Of a DNA stretch of 64,000 bases, positions 1-10,214 are shown in pieces. The notes beneath the pieces were generated by a model. It did no database searches, was not told where the DNA came from, and saw nothing but the letters and a program-made list of their open reading frames with translations. This DNA comes from an uncultured Methanosarcinaceae archaeon (GTDB taxonomy: Archaea > Halobacteriota > Methanosarcinia > Methanosarcinales > Methanosarcinaceae). Location: assembly GCA_963847185.1 (NCBI GenBank), contig CAWJYV010000003.1:1-64000 (forward strand), read 5' to 3'. The first letter of the stretch is position 1. The number at the start of each line of letters is the position of its first letter. Position numbers and translations under genes: made by a program.

Positions 1-126
1 TTTCCTTTAATTGCTCTGTTTTGAATTAGTTCACCTCCATTCGAAGTGGAACTAGCTCAAAATATTAATTTCCAGTATCTTTCTACTCTACATAGCCAGC
101 AATTTTGATATTCATCTAATGAACGG

Positions 127-1152
127 TTACAGGGTTCTGTATCGGTCACTGCCATCATAGAGGTCACTGTTATCATAAAGCAAAAATTTTATTTTTTTGG
201 ATGCAAATTTAGAAAATGTTGGGAAATTATTTTCGATGGTTGTTGAGAGAATTGTGCTAAGTAATAATTTTTTGTAGGCTAATTTGACGTCATTTCTCGT
301 TAGAAGCTTAAAAGCTAGATTATTATCACCAGCTTCTACATTATGTTTTGCTGTGCACATCTCAACGAATTTTATGTATTCCTCTAAATCTTTAATCATT
401 TCATGCGGCACTATACCAAGCTTTAGAGCCCGTTTTCCCGTGTTTATTAAAGGATGACCCTTTACAGGTTTTCTTCTGTATGCAGCACTATTGACAACAT
501 TTTGATAATATATAGCACATACCTGACTACTGTATGCAATAGGATATTTTAGGGCAATTCTACCCCACATATCAATATCTTCTCCCCACCAAAAGCCTGT
601 CTGAAATCCCCCAAGTTCTGAAAACACCTTTTTGGGAACTGTTACTGAAGATGTATAAAATATATCTTTATGTGATATATCTTTTAAGTTTACTTTAAAG
701 TAATTCAATATTAATCCTTCATCTGGAATAAGCTTTCTTAATCTTTCATCTTTATCCATTAATACATTATCAACAAATTCAGTTTTCAGTGAAGTTGCAT
801 ATAAACCTGCATCTGGATATTTTTCCCTTAGTCTCAGGATTGTCTCAAGATAATTTGGCATCCATTCATCATCTGAATCCAAAAAAGCTATAAGCTCGGA
901 TTTAGCTTCATTAATACCTCTATTACGTGCTACTGAGACACCTGCATTTTTTTGGTTGATCAATCGAATTCTAACATCACTAAAACTCTTTACCATGTCT
1001 GCACTTTTATCTGTTGATCCATCATTTACTACAATTATCTCAAAATCCTGAATTGTTTGATTTAGAACAGAACTTATCGCTCTTTTAACATGTGGCTCTT
1101 TATTATAAAGAGGAATAACAACTGAAATTATAACTATCCCCCCAATTTGCAA
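127..1152 (-). CDS. Glycosyltransferase family 2 (true start possibly ATA at 1131)
   Basis: ISVVIPLYN...VVNDGSTD...GVSVARNRG...AFLDSDD and GED motifs of GT-A fold enzymes. Confidence 0.9.
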   Translation of the reverse strand: MQIGGIVIISVVIPLYNKEPHVKRAISSVLNQTIQDFEIIVVNDGSTDKSADMVKSFSDVRIRLINQKNAGVSVARNRGINEAKSELIAFLDSDDEWMPNYLETILRLREKYPDAGLYATSLKTEFVDNVLMDKDERLRKLIPDEGLILNYFKVNLKDISHKDIFYTSSVTVPKKVFSELGGFQTGFWWGEDIDMWGRIALKYPIAYSSQVCAIYYQNVVNSAAYRRKPVKGHPLINTGKRALKLGIVPHEMIKDLEEYIKFVEMCTAKHNVEAGDNNLAFKLLTRNDVKLAYKKLLLSTILSTTIENNFPTFSKFASKKIKFLLYDNSDLYDGSDRYRTL

Positions 1153-1746
1153 AAAAGTTCAGTATATTAATTCATTTAAATAGTAGTAAATTATTAGCCA
1201 AATTAACAATCCCTTTTTATAATATATTTATACTAATAAATATATTTGCATTTTTATTAATCTAACAGTCAGAGAGCCCTTAAGAGAACATTTAACTAAA
1301 CAATTGTTTCAATTTATTCTAGAAAGCGAAGAATCGTCTTTTTCATTTATATTTCTAAGTTATTCGCCAAATCTTTACAGGCAATCCCATATCCAAACAT
1401 CATTTTTGAAGCAAAATATTAACTTTCATCATCTCCTTGGTTTAGTCGGCAAGTTTCTCATTTATCCCGAAAAAAACACAACTCTATTTTGCATATTTCC
1501 TACAAAACAATTTTTTAAAGTTGTTTTACTTAAAAAGTAAGTTTTGATTATTCAATAATTCCATCTGTATCAAAATAGAATTCTTTTTAGGTATCATGTT
1601 AAAACTTTGTACAATTAGTTTAATAAGTTTATTTAACAGAAATCAATTTTTATCGTTTTGCAATGTTTATTAGGGAAAAGAAGTTATCTATACTGCCTAT
1701 AAATCTCTCTTAGTCTCTTATATAGCTTAAATATAATATTAATTAT

Positions 1747-1868
1747 TGAGGGGAGCTTGGTTGCTGGGAAATAAATCTACCTGACTATCTGGAGAAGCCC
1801 ACAACAATACTGTGATGTATAATTCCTGGAAGGTCAGGGTTTCCAAATTAGTAGTCTGGCTCTCCTCA
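1747..1868 (+). ncRNA. Candidate ~120-nt rod-like small RNA
   Basis: TTATATA at 1718-1724; ends TGAGGGGAGC/GCTCTCCTCA pair; internal CCTGAC/GTCAGG and GGAAA/TTTCC stems; pyrimidine-rich tail; no ORF. Confidence 0.45.
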
Positions 1869-2226
1869 CCACTTCTTTACTTATATGCTCTATGTAGACA
1901 TCTACTGATAGATTTTATTTAAACACTCATATTTTCAACTTCCTACTAAATTTCAGCCATATATAACATGTTTTTGTTTGATAAAATAATATAAATAATA
2001 CAACAATTCATGATCAAGGCTAACTTTATTCTTCTACATAAATTTATACATCTGTCTAATCTCTTTTGTGGGTGGATAAACTTTAAAATTGTTGTCTCCA
2101 AAAATATAAATAAATTAATTTTTATAAAATCATATTACTTAACTTTTTGAAAGCAATTGGTGAATAAGGATAGTTTAAATTCTCCAATAAAATAAATATA
2201 TCGTCTCAAATCAAAGGGGGCAAAAT

Positions 2227-2568
2227 CTGGATAAACAAACAATTAAACATACAGTTAGAAAGTTTAGTAATTTGATTGAGAGGAATAAAGACCATCGAGC
2301 TTATTCAGATTTTAAAGAAGGAATTAATGAAGGTTTAGAGATAGCAAAAGATACTTTTGAAGAGCATGTAGAAAAATTTGATTTATCCGATTTAGAAGAG
2401 AATAAAACCATAAAAGTACAGAATCTACAGGATAAATATAACTCACTTATAGACACTCTAAAGATAACAAAGAAACCGAACTATTCAGAGGAACAATTAG
2501 AGGGAATATATAAAGGAGTTGAAAAGTCTAAGGTATTGTTTGGAGAATTTATAAAAGAGTTCTCCTGA
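2227..2568 (+). CDS. Hypothetical protein (likely CTG start at 2227; ORF track starts at 2272)
   Basis: Open frame with GGGGG RBS just upstream of CTG GAT AAA CAA; charged helical sequence. Confidence 0.65.
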   Translation: MDKQTIKHTVRKFSNLIERNKDHRAYSDFKEGINEGLEIAKDTFEEHVEKFDLSDLEENKTIKVQNLQDKYNSLIDTLKITKKPNYSEEQLEGIYKGVEKSKVLFGEFIKEFS

Positions 2569-2918
2569 TTTTACTATTTATCCCGTGTAAACTATATGCA
2601 TGCTTAAAATTTTTAACCTAATAAAATTATTTTCTTAAAGACTATTTTTTATAAAAATTTTTTATAATATCTAAGTAACATGATATTTAAGATAGAGAAG
2701 CGTACTAAGTGCTACCAAGTGAAAGCATATCTGCCTTCTGACAGATGTAAAACCTCCTTTTGGAATTGTTAATTCCTTCACAAATCTATTGTCGGCAATA
2801 ATTACTGTTTGAGTACCTAGTTAAGGACCAACGACTCTAATTTGCTTTGGCAGTTTCCCCACTTTCTGTTTGTCTGTTAAAACGGAGAGATATTTAAAAA
2901 ATAAAGGAAAGAGAAAAA

Positions 2919-4043
2919 TCATTTTTCAAATAGGTTTACAACTTCCTTTAACATTTCTTTTATTGGCGTTTTTTGTGGGCATTTCTCCTCACATTGACCG
3001 CATTCCGTGCAGTTTGAAGCCTTACCTTCGAGGCCGCTGTACAGAAGCTTTTCCTCTTCTATCCTATTAAACATTTCGGCATTGTTAAGGAATTTAAAGG
3101 TTTCTGGGATATTTACCCCTGATGGGCAGGGCATGCAGTAATGACAACCAGTACAGTAAACCTTTGTTTTTGACCTGTAGATTTCCTTTACTCTGGAAAT
3201 CAGCTTTTTCTCCTCTTCTGTCAAGGAATTAGGTAAGCCTTTTTCTGCAAGTTCTATGTTACTTTCTACATGCGCGATATCTGACATTCCACTCAGAACA
3301 ACACCTATCTCCGGATAGTCCCAAAGATATCGAAAACCCCATTCCACAGGACTCCTTTTCGTTTCTGCAGAGTCCCATATTTTCTGTATCTCAGGCGGAC
3401 TTGAAACAAGATATCCTCCACGCAGAGGCTCCATAATAACAACTCCAAGGCCTTTTGAAGCTGCATACATCAGACCTTCCTTCCCTGCCTGAAAGTTTTC
3501 ATCCATGAAGTTGTACTGGATCTGGCATATATTCCAGGGATAAGAATCAATTATTTCTTTAAAGAGATCTGTATTATCATGGAAAGAGAAGCCTGTGTAC
3601 TTTATTCTTCCGTCACTTAGGGCAGAATTAAGGAAATCAAAAACACCGTGTTTTTTGACAAGGCTCCAGAAGTCTTTGTTTAGCGCATGAAGAAGATAGA
3701 AGTCGATATAATCAGTTTTCAGTCTTTCAAGCTGCTCGTTTAAGTAGCGATCCATATCTTCCCTGCTAGTGATAAGCCAGCTTGGAAGCTTGGTTGCAAG
3801 ATAGACTTTTTCTCTGTAACCGCCTTCAAGTGCATTCCCAATAACGGATTCACTTATACCCCCGTGATAGGGATAGGCCGTATCAATATAGTTAACACCG
3901 GAATCTATGGCGTAACGAATCATATGTACAGCTTTTTCCTCATCAACTTGCGAATCATCTCCCCCTATAGTAGGAAGCCGCATAGTACCAAATCCAAGTA
4001 TAGAAGCCATTTTATCCGTTTGGCCAAGTTTTCGGTATAACAT
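2919..4043 (-). CDS. Aldo/keto reductase with C-terminal 4Fe-4S dicluster
   Basis: LGFGTMRLP, GVNYIDTAYPY, ATKLP motifs; CTGCHYCMPCP and CTECGQCEEKCP. Confidence 0.93.
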   Translation of the reverse strand: MLYRKLGQTDKMASILGFGTMRLPTIGGDDSQVDEEKAVHMIRYAIDSGVNYIDTAYPYHGGISESVIGNALEGGYREKVYLATKLPSWLITSREDMDRYLNEQLERLKTDYIDFYLLHALNKDFWSLVKKHGVFDFLNSALSDGRIKYTGFSFHDNTDLFKEIIDSYPWNICQIQYNFMDENFQAGKEGLMYAASKGLGVVIMEPLRGGYLVSSPPEIQKIWDSAETKRSPVEWGFRYLWDYPEIGVVLSGMSDIAHVESNIELAEKGLPNSLTEEEKKLISRVKEIYRSKTKVYCTGCHYCMPCPSGVNIPETFKFLNNAEMFNRIEEEKLLYSGLEGKASNCTECGQCEEKCPQKTPIKEMLKEVVNLFEK

Positions 4044-4106
4044 CTACATTTACCCCCAGATAAACATTCAAAGTCTACTCCTTATTTCTTCCTATCACCT
4101 TTTTAT

Positions 4107-4124
4107 TAGTTAGCCTAGCAAATA
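4107..4124. promoter_or_regulatory. Degenerate copy of putative MarR operator upstream of the aldo/keto reductase
   Basis: TAGTTAGCCTAGCAAATA resembles TAGTTGC-N4-GCAACTA at 6634 and 6795. Confidence 0.4.
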
Positions 4125-4539
4125 ATATTTTGCGCGATAAGAAATAGAAAACAGTGATTAAAGACTTTTGTTACAACTCTCCCATAGCTTCTACACTCAA
4201 TTAAAAAGATCTTCCTTACCTTCTTTTATCCTGAATAAAAGTAGATGTCACAGGCTACTTATACTACAGCGTCAAGCATCACGGGCATATTCATCCATCT
4301 TCACATCAAAAAAGCATTAAAAAAGCCAACCATCTACATCCTCATCTTCTTGTATTAGTAGCCACTTTCAATCCATCTTTTTTCAGCCAGATAATCGAAT
4401 CAGGTTAGTGCATAAGAGCCGGATCTTTAACATAACCTTTGAAGCATACAAGGTATTACAGATAATATTCTAAGCCCTTAGAAAATATGTTTCAAAAAAA
4501 TAATCAAAGTCGTGCTGGCGCACCCAGCTGCAAGCAACG

Positions 4540-4745
4540 GGATAGATTCACTACACCATCCACCACAATTATCCCAGAAATCTCTCCGATAACTCAGATC
4601 TGAGTCATCGAGGAAACGTAGTCGGGTGGCTATAATCAAAGTAAAGGTCATTCTTTTTAATTGCGTTGAAATCTTCCGGGATATATATGGTCCATTTGGC
4701 TACAAGCGATAGACCTATCCATTGTACGTGGCTTCAAGTATATGA
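4540..4745 (+). repeat. Dispersed modular repeat family, copy 1
   Basis: Shares CCACAATTATCCCAGAAATCTCTCCGATAACTCAGATCTGAGTCATCGAGGAAACGTAGTCGG and TTAATTGCGTTGAAATCTTCCGGGATATATATG with the copy at 8465-8697. Confidence 0.85.
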
Positions 4746-4814
4746 AAAACGCTTCATTGTTCATCAGTAAAGGAATTTTCTTGCCTGTAAGCTACAGATT
4801 AAAATCTCAAATTT

Positions 4815-4843
4815 TGGTGGAGTTTGTAATTTAAACTCCATCA
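4815..4843 (-). terminator. Hairpin downstream of the MFS gene
   Basis: TGGTGGAGTTT-loop-AAACTCCATCA inverted repeat about 20 bp past the stop. Confidence 0.45.
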
Positions 4844-4863
4844 TCTAACGACTCAGCAAATTA

Positions 4864-6066
4864 TTACTGTGACAACGATATTTTCATCTCTTTTATGTGT
4901 TCGTTACTTGAGTTTTCAAAAATATTCTTCATTAAATACGTTATCAGAGCAACAAGCAACCCAAAGGAACCTGCTACAATAAAAACTGTCTCCAGATCAA
5001 AATATGACAGAACCATACCAAGTATTATGGGAGAAAGACACGTTCCAACGAACTTCATGCTGTTGTGGATAGATAGTACTCCACCTTTTGATTCTGAAGG
5101 GGCGATCTGAATTATCTGTGTATCAATTGCGGTTTGAGCAAGCCCATACCCTGCTCCGAACAGCAACATTAAAGGAAGAACTGCAACAATTGAATGTGCA
5201 AATGAGATGGATAATAATGCCATTCCGGTAAGTACAAAACCAGTGGCAATAACTATTGTCTTTGAATACTTATTAGCCAGACTCTTTACGCAGGATACAG
5301 TAAAAATTATAGCTATTCCTTGTAAAGCCAACAGAAGTCCTGCTTCTTTTGCAGTATAGCCAAGTACATTCTCAAGCATAAATGGCACGTAGACAAGCAC
5401 TGCATAGAGTAAAAAGAAAATCGCAAAGCTCTGGAATATCGTGTATATTATTCTCAACTCTTTGAGTGCTTTAAATCCATTAATTATGCCCTTATGATCA
5501 TCATTGTTCCTCTGAACCCTTGTCTCTGGAAGGAAGATAAGCACAACAAAAGCGAATGGAAGTGAAAGTGCATAGAAAAGGAATGGATAGTTCCATCCAA
5601 AACTTGCCAGTCCTCCACCTATAAGAGGAGCAGACACTGAGCCAATGGCAAGAGCCATACTAATTCTGCTCATGGCATAGAAACTTTCATGACCTTTGTA
5701 CACATCCGCTATGACCAACATAGTCAAAGGCAGCAGGGCTGCTGCTCCGATGCCCTGTATGAACCTCAAGGTAAGAAGTAATTGCAGATCAGAGGTAAAA
5801 TAACTTACAAGTCCTGGTAGACCGTAAATCACCAGGCAGGGAACAAGTATTTTCTTACGGTTCATACGGTCAATGAAATGTCCAATAACCAGTGTGAAAA
5901 TAGCTGTTGAGAGAGTGAACGCCGAAATTAATAGCCCTATTTCATGGGATGTTGTCTGTAGAGGTTTCACCATTTCTGGCAAGACTGGTGCTAAAAGAGC
6001 CCCTCCTGCCATTGCAAAATATGCAGTAATACAAAGCATTAGAAGATGAGTGTTTTTAAATTGCAT
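4864..6066 (-). CDS. MFS transporter (drug:H+ antiporter-like)
   Basis: About 12 hydrophobic segments; GHFIDRMNRK motif A, LRFIQGIG motif B, APLIGG motif C. Confidence 0.93.
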   Translation of the reverse strand: MQFKNTHLLMLCITAYFAMAGGALLAPVLPEMVKPLQTTSHEIGLLISAFTLSTAIFTLVIGHFIDRMNRKKILVPCLVIYGLPGLVSYFTSDLQLLLTLRFIQGIGAAALLPLTMLVIADVYKGHESFYAMSRISMALAIGSVSAPLIGGGLASFGWNYPFLFYALSLPFAFVVLIFLPETRVQRNNDDHKGIINGFKALKELRIIYTIFQSFAIFFLLYAVLVYVPFMLENVLGYTAKEAGLLLALQGIAIIFTVSCVKSLANKYSKTIVIATGFVLTGMALLSISFAHSIVAVLPLMLLFGAGYGLAQTAIDTQIIQIAPSESKGGVLSIHNSMKFVGTCLSPIILGMVLSYFDLETVFIVAGSFGLLVALITYLMKNIFENSSNEHIKEMKISLSQ

Positions 6067-6082
6067 GATCTTATCTCATTAT

Positions 6083-6553
6083 TCACATTATTTGGGATAC
6101 ATTCTCAAACATAATTCCAAGAGACTTCTTAATCTCTTTTCTTTGATTGTCATCAAAACTGGAGAAGAGAATATCCTCCCACTTCGAAACTATTTTTTTC
6201 ATTTCGGGTTCCAACTCTTTCCCTTTCTCGGTAAGAAAAACCCTGTATGCCCGCCCGTCCTTCTCATCCCTCTGTCTGAAAACATAACCCTCATCAACAA
6301 GTTTCTGTATAGCCCTTGTAGTAGTACCTTTATCAATTTTTAAATAGTTAGAAAGACTTTCTTGATTGATACCATCCTCACGATACAATCTCATAAGAAA
6401 AGGAAACTGTCCGCTGCCAATACCATATGGCTCAATTTTTTTTCCAATATAGATTTGCTCATACCTATAAAGATATGAGATGGCTTTTCCAACGAATTCA
6501 TTTTTGTACATTTCATTAGAATGTGAGTTTTCATTGGATTCTATTGTATTCAT
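6083..6553 (-). CDS. MarR family transcriptional regulator
   Basis: QESLSNYLKIDKGTTTRAIQKLVDEGYV...DGRAYRVFLTEKG wHTH; ATG at 6553 with GGTGGG RBS. Confidence 0.93.
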   Translation of the reverse strand: MNTIESNENSHSNEMYKNEFVGKAISYLYRYEQIYIGKKIEPYGIGSGQFPFLMRLYREDGINQESLSNYLKIDKGTTTRAIQKLVDEGYVFRQRDEKDGRAYRVFLTEKGKELEPEMKKIVSKWEDILFSSFDDNQRKEIKKSLGIMFENVSQIM

Positions 6554-6585
6554 TTTTGTTATCCCACCATATTGTCTTATCAAAA

Positions 6586-6812
6586 TAGTTGCAATGTCAA
6601 CTTTATTAGTTTACAAACAATTAATACTTCATATAGTTGCCGATGCAACTAGATCTTGAAGAATTTAACAAAAGTTAAAAACTGTAAAGCTGAAGCGTAT
6701 ACTTAAAAAAAATAAGGATTTGTGGTTTATTAAAAGAACTAAACATTTCTGCAGATATCTGGTAGTTGCGCATACAAGCGATTAATACTTCATATAGTTG
6801 CCGATGCAACTA
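6586..6812. promoter_or_regulatory. Cluster of palindromic putative MarR operators
   Basis: TAGTTGCCGATGCAACTA at 6634-6651 and 6795-6812; degenerate copies at 6586-6603 and 6763-6780. Confidence 0.6.
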
Positions 6813-6933
6813 GATCTTCGCAGAATTTAGACAAAAGTTAAAAACTCTAAAGCTGAAGCGTATACTTCCAAAAAATAAAGATTCGTAGCCTTTTAAAAGA
6901 ACCTGAATATCTCCTCAGATATCTGCTAGCTGC
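6620..6933. repeat. Tandem ~161-bp duplication of the marR upstream region
   Basis: ATTAATACTTCATATAGTTGCCGATGCAACTAGATCTT...AAAAGTTAAAAACT.TAAAGCTGAAGCGTATACTT occurs at 6620 and 6781. Confidence 0.9.
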
Positions 6934-7054
6934 TTCAATTCTGTTTCTCCTATTCAAAATGACAAAACATGCTGCAAGGGCCATGGCAATACATGTGACG
7001 ATCTGATATCTAGAGGAAGAGACACTCTGGCTTCTTGGACTTTAGTGTTGATCT

Positions 7055-7151
7055 TACTAGCTTCCAGATATGCGCTTTCGAGATGGATGTACTGCACCAT
7101 CCTTCCACATATCCCAGAAGCTTGCATAGTACTTTATTAGCATTAAAAATC
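7055..7151 (+). repeat. Dispersed modular repeat family, partial copy 2
   Basis: TAGCTTCCAGATATGCGCTTTCGAGATGGATGTACTGCACCATCCTTCCACATATCCCAGAAGCTTGCATAG matches 32566-32630 and 44725-44814. Confidence 0.75.
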
Positions 7152-7272
7152 CGGCTCTGTAGAACTCCTCTAAAATTAAAAGTTCCATTAATTTGAACTG
7201 ACTTGACGAATCTATTTTGCGATCAATTTTCAGCTTATTGCAACTGATTTAGATAGGTTTTCTATAGAGCCG
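7152..7272. mobile_element. MITE, GGCTCTGTAGAA-end family
   Basis: TIRs CGGCTCTGTAGAA / TTCTATAGAGCCG, flanked by AATC on both sides. Confidence 0.75.
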
Positions 7273-7553
7273 AATCATTCTCATTTGCAGGAACAACAAT
7301 AATAGAGAGAGGTAGATCCTGTAAATCTACTAAAACACTTAATTTTACTACTTTTACTTTCTTGTCACCATCTGGCTATAATTGGCTCGTACCTATGTGC
7401 TCCTAGGTTGGATTTATCTGTGATCTCTGTGTAAACTCAACGACCTGAACTCCATAATAAAGGAAGATAATTAAAATATACAAAAGTGTACATGCCAGCA
7501 AGAAACCTAAACCTATTTCATGAAAAAAAACTAAAAGCACATCTGGTGTAAGT

Positions 7554-7646
7554 GTGTCTCAAATAGATATTTCAGATGAAGGTCTTATTGTTTTTATTGG
7601 TGGTATCATTGCAGGAATTAGTTTAGGTTTTTTAACAAATATATAG
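7554..7646 (+). CDS. Putative 30-aa single-pass membrane microprotein (amber stop)
   Basis: GGTG RBS, GTG start, MSQIDISDEGLIVFIGGIIAGISLGFLTNI with one TM helix. Confidence 0.4.
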   Translation: MSQIDISDEGLIVFIGGIIAGISLGFLTNI

Positions 7647-7721
7647 GTCACAAGTAAAGGAAATCAAGGCACAGTTCAGTGGTACTTTACTGACAAATTA
7701 TAAAAGATAGGGGTGAGTAAA

Positions 7722-7982
7722 ATGAGTGAATACGAATTAACCGACATTGAAAAAAAAACCCTGGATAATTGGATAATGTTAAATATACTCCCACAAAAAA
7801 CACCAAATAAAAATTACACTAGTTATGCACTTAAAATTTTTTTTGAGCAAACACCAGATGGTTTCTTTATCACAAATAAGCAGTTTAAAGAAGCGATGGT
7901 CAGATGTAATTTCTTACCTGTAAATAAAAATAAATTAAATTGGGAATTCCGAATTTCCCTAAAATCTCCAGGGTCGAAATAA
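7722..7982 (+). CDS. Hypothetical protein
   Basis: GGGGTGAG RBS before ATG; protein-like composition (NYTSYALK...QFKEAM...NWEF). Confidence 0.75.
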   Translation: MSEYELTDIEKKTLDNWIMLNILPQKTPNKNYTSYALKIFFEQTPDGFFITNKQFKEAMVRCNFLPVNKNKLNWEFRISLKSPGSK

Positions 7983-8035
7983 TCTAAATGAGGTTATAAA
8001 CCTAACATATATTGAAAAAGCTTATCCAATTTTCC

Positions 8036-8270
8036 GGTCGTGGGGGTGAGTTATTGAAAAACGTAAGCACAAGAATCTCTCGATATTTTATCTTAACATG
8101 GGGGTTGTGCTCATTTTTTCATATATGGTTAGGACTTACGCACTTGAGGATGAAATCAAGCACATTCGACTTATCAAGAGAAGTTCGATTTATAGAGTTA
8201 AATGTTTTCCGTTTTTGTTTTCCGGTTCAACTGCGTAAGTCCTAATGATAAATGACTCACCCCCACGACC
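8036..8270. mobile_element. MITE (GGTCGTGGG-end family) interrupted by a nested MITE
   Basis: 20-bp TIRs GGTCGTGGGGGTGAGTTATT / AATGACTCACCCCCACGACC with one mismatch. Confidence 0.85.
8131..8243. mobile_element. Nested MITE, AGGACTTACGCA-end family
   Basis: Perfect TIRs AGGACTTACGCA / TGCGTAAGTCCT, extendable to TTAGG...CCTAA. Confidence 0.85.
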
Positions 8271-8464
8271 CAGGAACGATATAACTTTTTTATTAGATAG
8301 AGCTACATGCTTGAGAAATAAAACTAAGTAACATGCATTGTTTTTTTAATTGAGTCCGGTTCCACCAAAACAAAAACAAGTTAAAAAATTTCATAAAAAA
8401 CTTACTCATCCCGCCTGCAGGCAAGACTAAAACAAGGCTTTCACACCACATGTGCGTGGTTAGG

Positions 8465-8697
8465 GTATGTCTTCATGGATAAAAGTACATCGTTAGCCTT
8501 CCACAATTATCCCAGAAATCTCTCCGATAACTCAGATCTGAGTCATCGAGGAAACGTAGTCGGAAGGCTATAAAAAAACAATGACATAGAATAGTCATTT
8601 TACTCGTTTAATTGCGTTGAAATCTTCCGGGATATATATGCTGCATTTGGCTACAAGCGATAGCCACCGAAATTTTACGTGGCTTCTAGGTATATGT
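8465..8697 (+). repeat. Dispersed modular repeat family, copy 3
   Basis: Long identical blocks with copy 1 (4540-4745). Confidence 0.85.
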
Positions 8698-8994
8698 TTA
8701 TGTATGCGGCTACAAAAAGAAGCTATGCTTGATTCTTTGCCCTTCTACTACAGTGTCGGCCATGATACCAACATCATAATGAGAAAACGTTGCTATTTCC
8801 TGATAAAAAACATTATTAAATAGTATATAATTTGGTTATATGATGTTTCTGCTTACGTGATTTAGAGTAAGTGGATGAAGTAAATATTGAAAGTAAAAAA
8901 TTGAAAAATAAATAGATGAAGGGTAAAATGTTACTGGAAACTGATTTTGCATGCTCCGCTCATTATAAATACTTTAAAACTTTTTAAAATAGAT

Positions 8995-9189
8995 ATGACC
9001 GACATGTATTATATTTTTAGCAACATACTCGGCGCACAACGAACGAAAAAGCTCCGTGTTCACGCAAATCATGATCAAAGAAAATTTCAAGTGGAGATCC
9101 TGCGCCTGTACGCCCACGCAAACGAGGAGGAAAAAGAGCAGATAATACAGAGATGTAAAGAGACAGGCTGTGACTACTCGTTTGAATGA
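8995..9189 (+). CDS. Small hypothetical protein, paralogue A (64 aa)
   Basis: Clear homology to 9485-9682 (ILG..RTK.L, RKF.VE..RLYAHA..EEK.QI, DYSFE); TATA about 30 bp upstream. Confidence 0.8.
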   Translation: MTDMYYIFSNILGAQRTKKLRVHANHDQRKFQVEILRLYAHANEEEKEQIIQRCKETGCDYSFE

Positions 9190-9484
9190 TGTGTTGTCGC
9201 CCGACGGGTTCATATATAGCACAATTACGCCTAATGATATTGTTTTTATGTTTGTGTGAATATTCTTTCTAGGCTTACGCTATCCATTATCCAGTAATCA
9301 GGATCGTGTTGCATTTAGAATAACTTTATATAAACATAATTATACTTTTTTTGAACTAATTATTTCTTAACCAAGATGTAAAAAATTAAAAAAGTTTAGA
9401 GTCTCCACTATAATTCCAAAACGGATACATTACAGTGAAGTGAGCTGAGCTCACTTATATATACTTTACAATCTTTTTTATATT

Positions 9485-9682
9485 ATGAAAGAGGATATTT
9501 ACGACATCTTTTTTGATATACTCGGCGAACATCGAACGAAAATGTTGCATATATATTTCCTAACACATCCTAGAAAATTTGAAGTGGAACTTGTTAGGCT
9601 TTACGCCCACGCAAGCGCAGAAGAAAAGGCGCAAATTAACAAAGTTTGTGCTGAGACCGATTTAGACTATTCCTTTGAATGA
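9485..9682 (+). CDS. Small hypothetical protein, paralogue B (65 aa)
   Basis: Paralogue of 8995-9189; TTATATATAC about 30 bp upstream of ATG. Confidence 0.8.
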   Translation: MKEDIYDIFFDILGEHRTKMLHIYFLTHPRKFEVELVRLYAHASAEEKAQINKVCAETDLDYSFE

Positions 9683-9945
9683 CTTCTGTTTAATTGCAAT
9701 CACCAACCTATTTTTATACTGTTCTGATTATTGAGCTAAAGCTGTAATAAAATTCCAATGTATACTCTACGCTTACTGGCAAGAGTTTATCATATACCCT
9801 ATACCACAGCAGAAGAAAATTATGTGCTTACACTTTATCTCTCCCTTAATTTCACATCAGGAGTAATTTGCGGGAAAAATCTATTACAGGTAAATAAAAA
9901 AGTTCTGAGCCTACATTTCTCGCGAGTCCAGGACTTTCATTTTAG

Positions 9946-10060
9946 GGTAATGGGCATGAGTTATTGAAAATCGTAAACGCAAAAATCTCTCTGCATTTTC
10001 CTCAAATTCGGGAGATGTATTCGCTCTTTCGGAATTGATCAATAACTTATGGACATAACC
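9946..10060. mobile_element. MITE, GGT..TGGGCATGAGTTATTGA family
   Basis: Imperfect TIRs GGTAATGGGCATGAGTTATTGA / TCAATAACTTATGGACATAACC; internal similarity to copies at 8036 and 30743. Confidence 0.75.
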
Positions 10061-10214
10061 CTATATTCAATGCAATCAAATGGACACGTCCTCATCAGCC
10101 CTCCCCAACAATTTTTTTCCCCTTTCTTCAAGATTAAAAATATCTATAAATAGTAATAATTTTAATTACCATGTACGTTTTTGAAATTGTTACTAATTTT
10201 AGGGCGGTTGGCTG

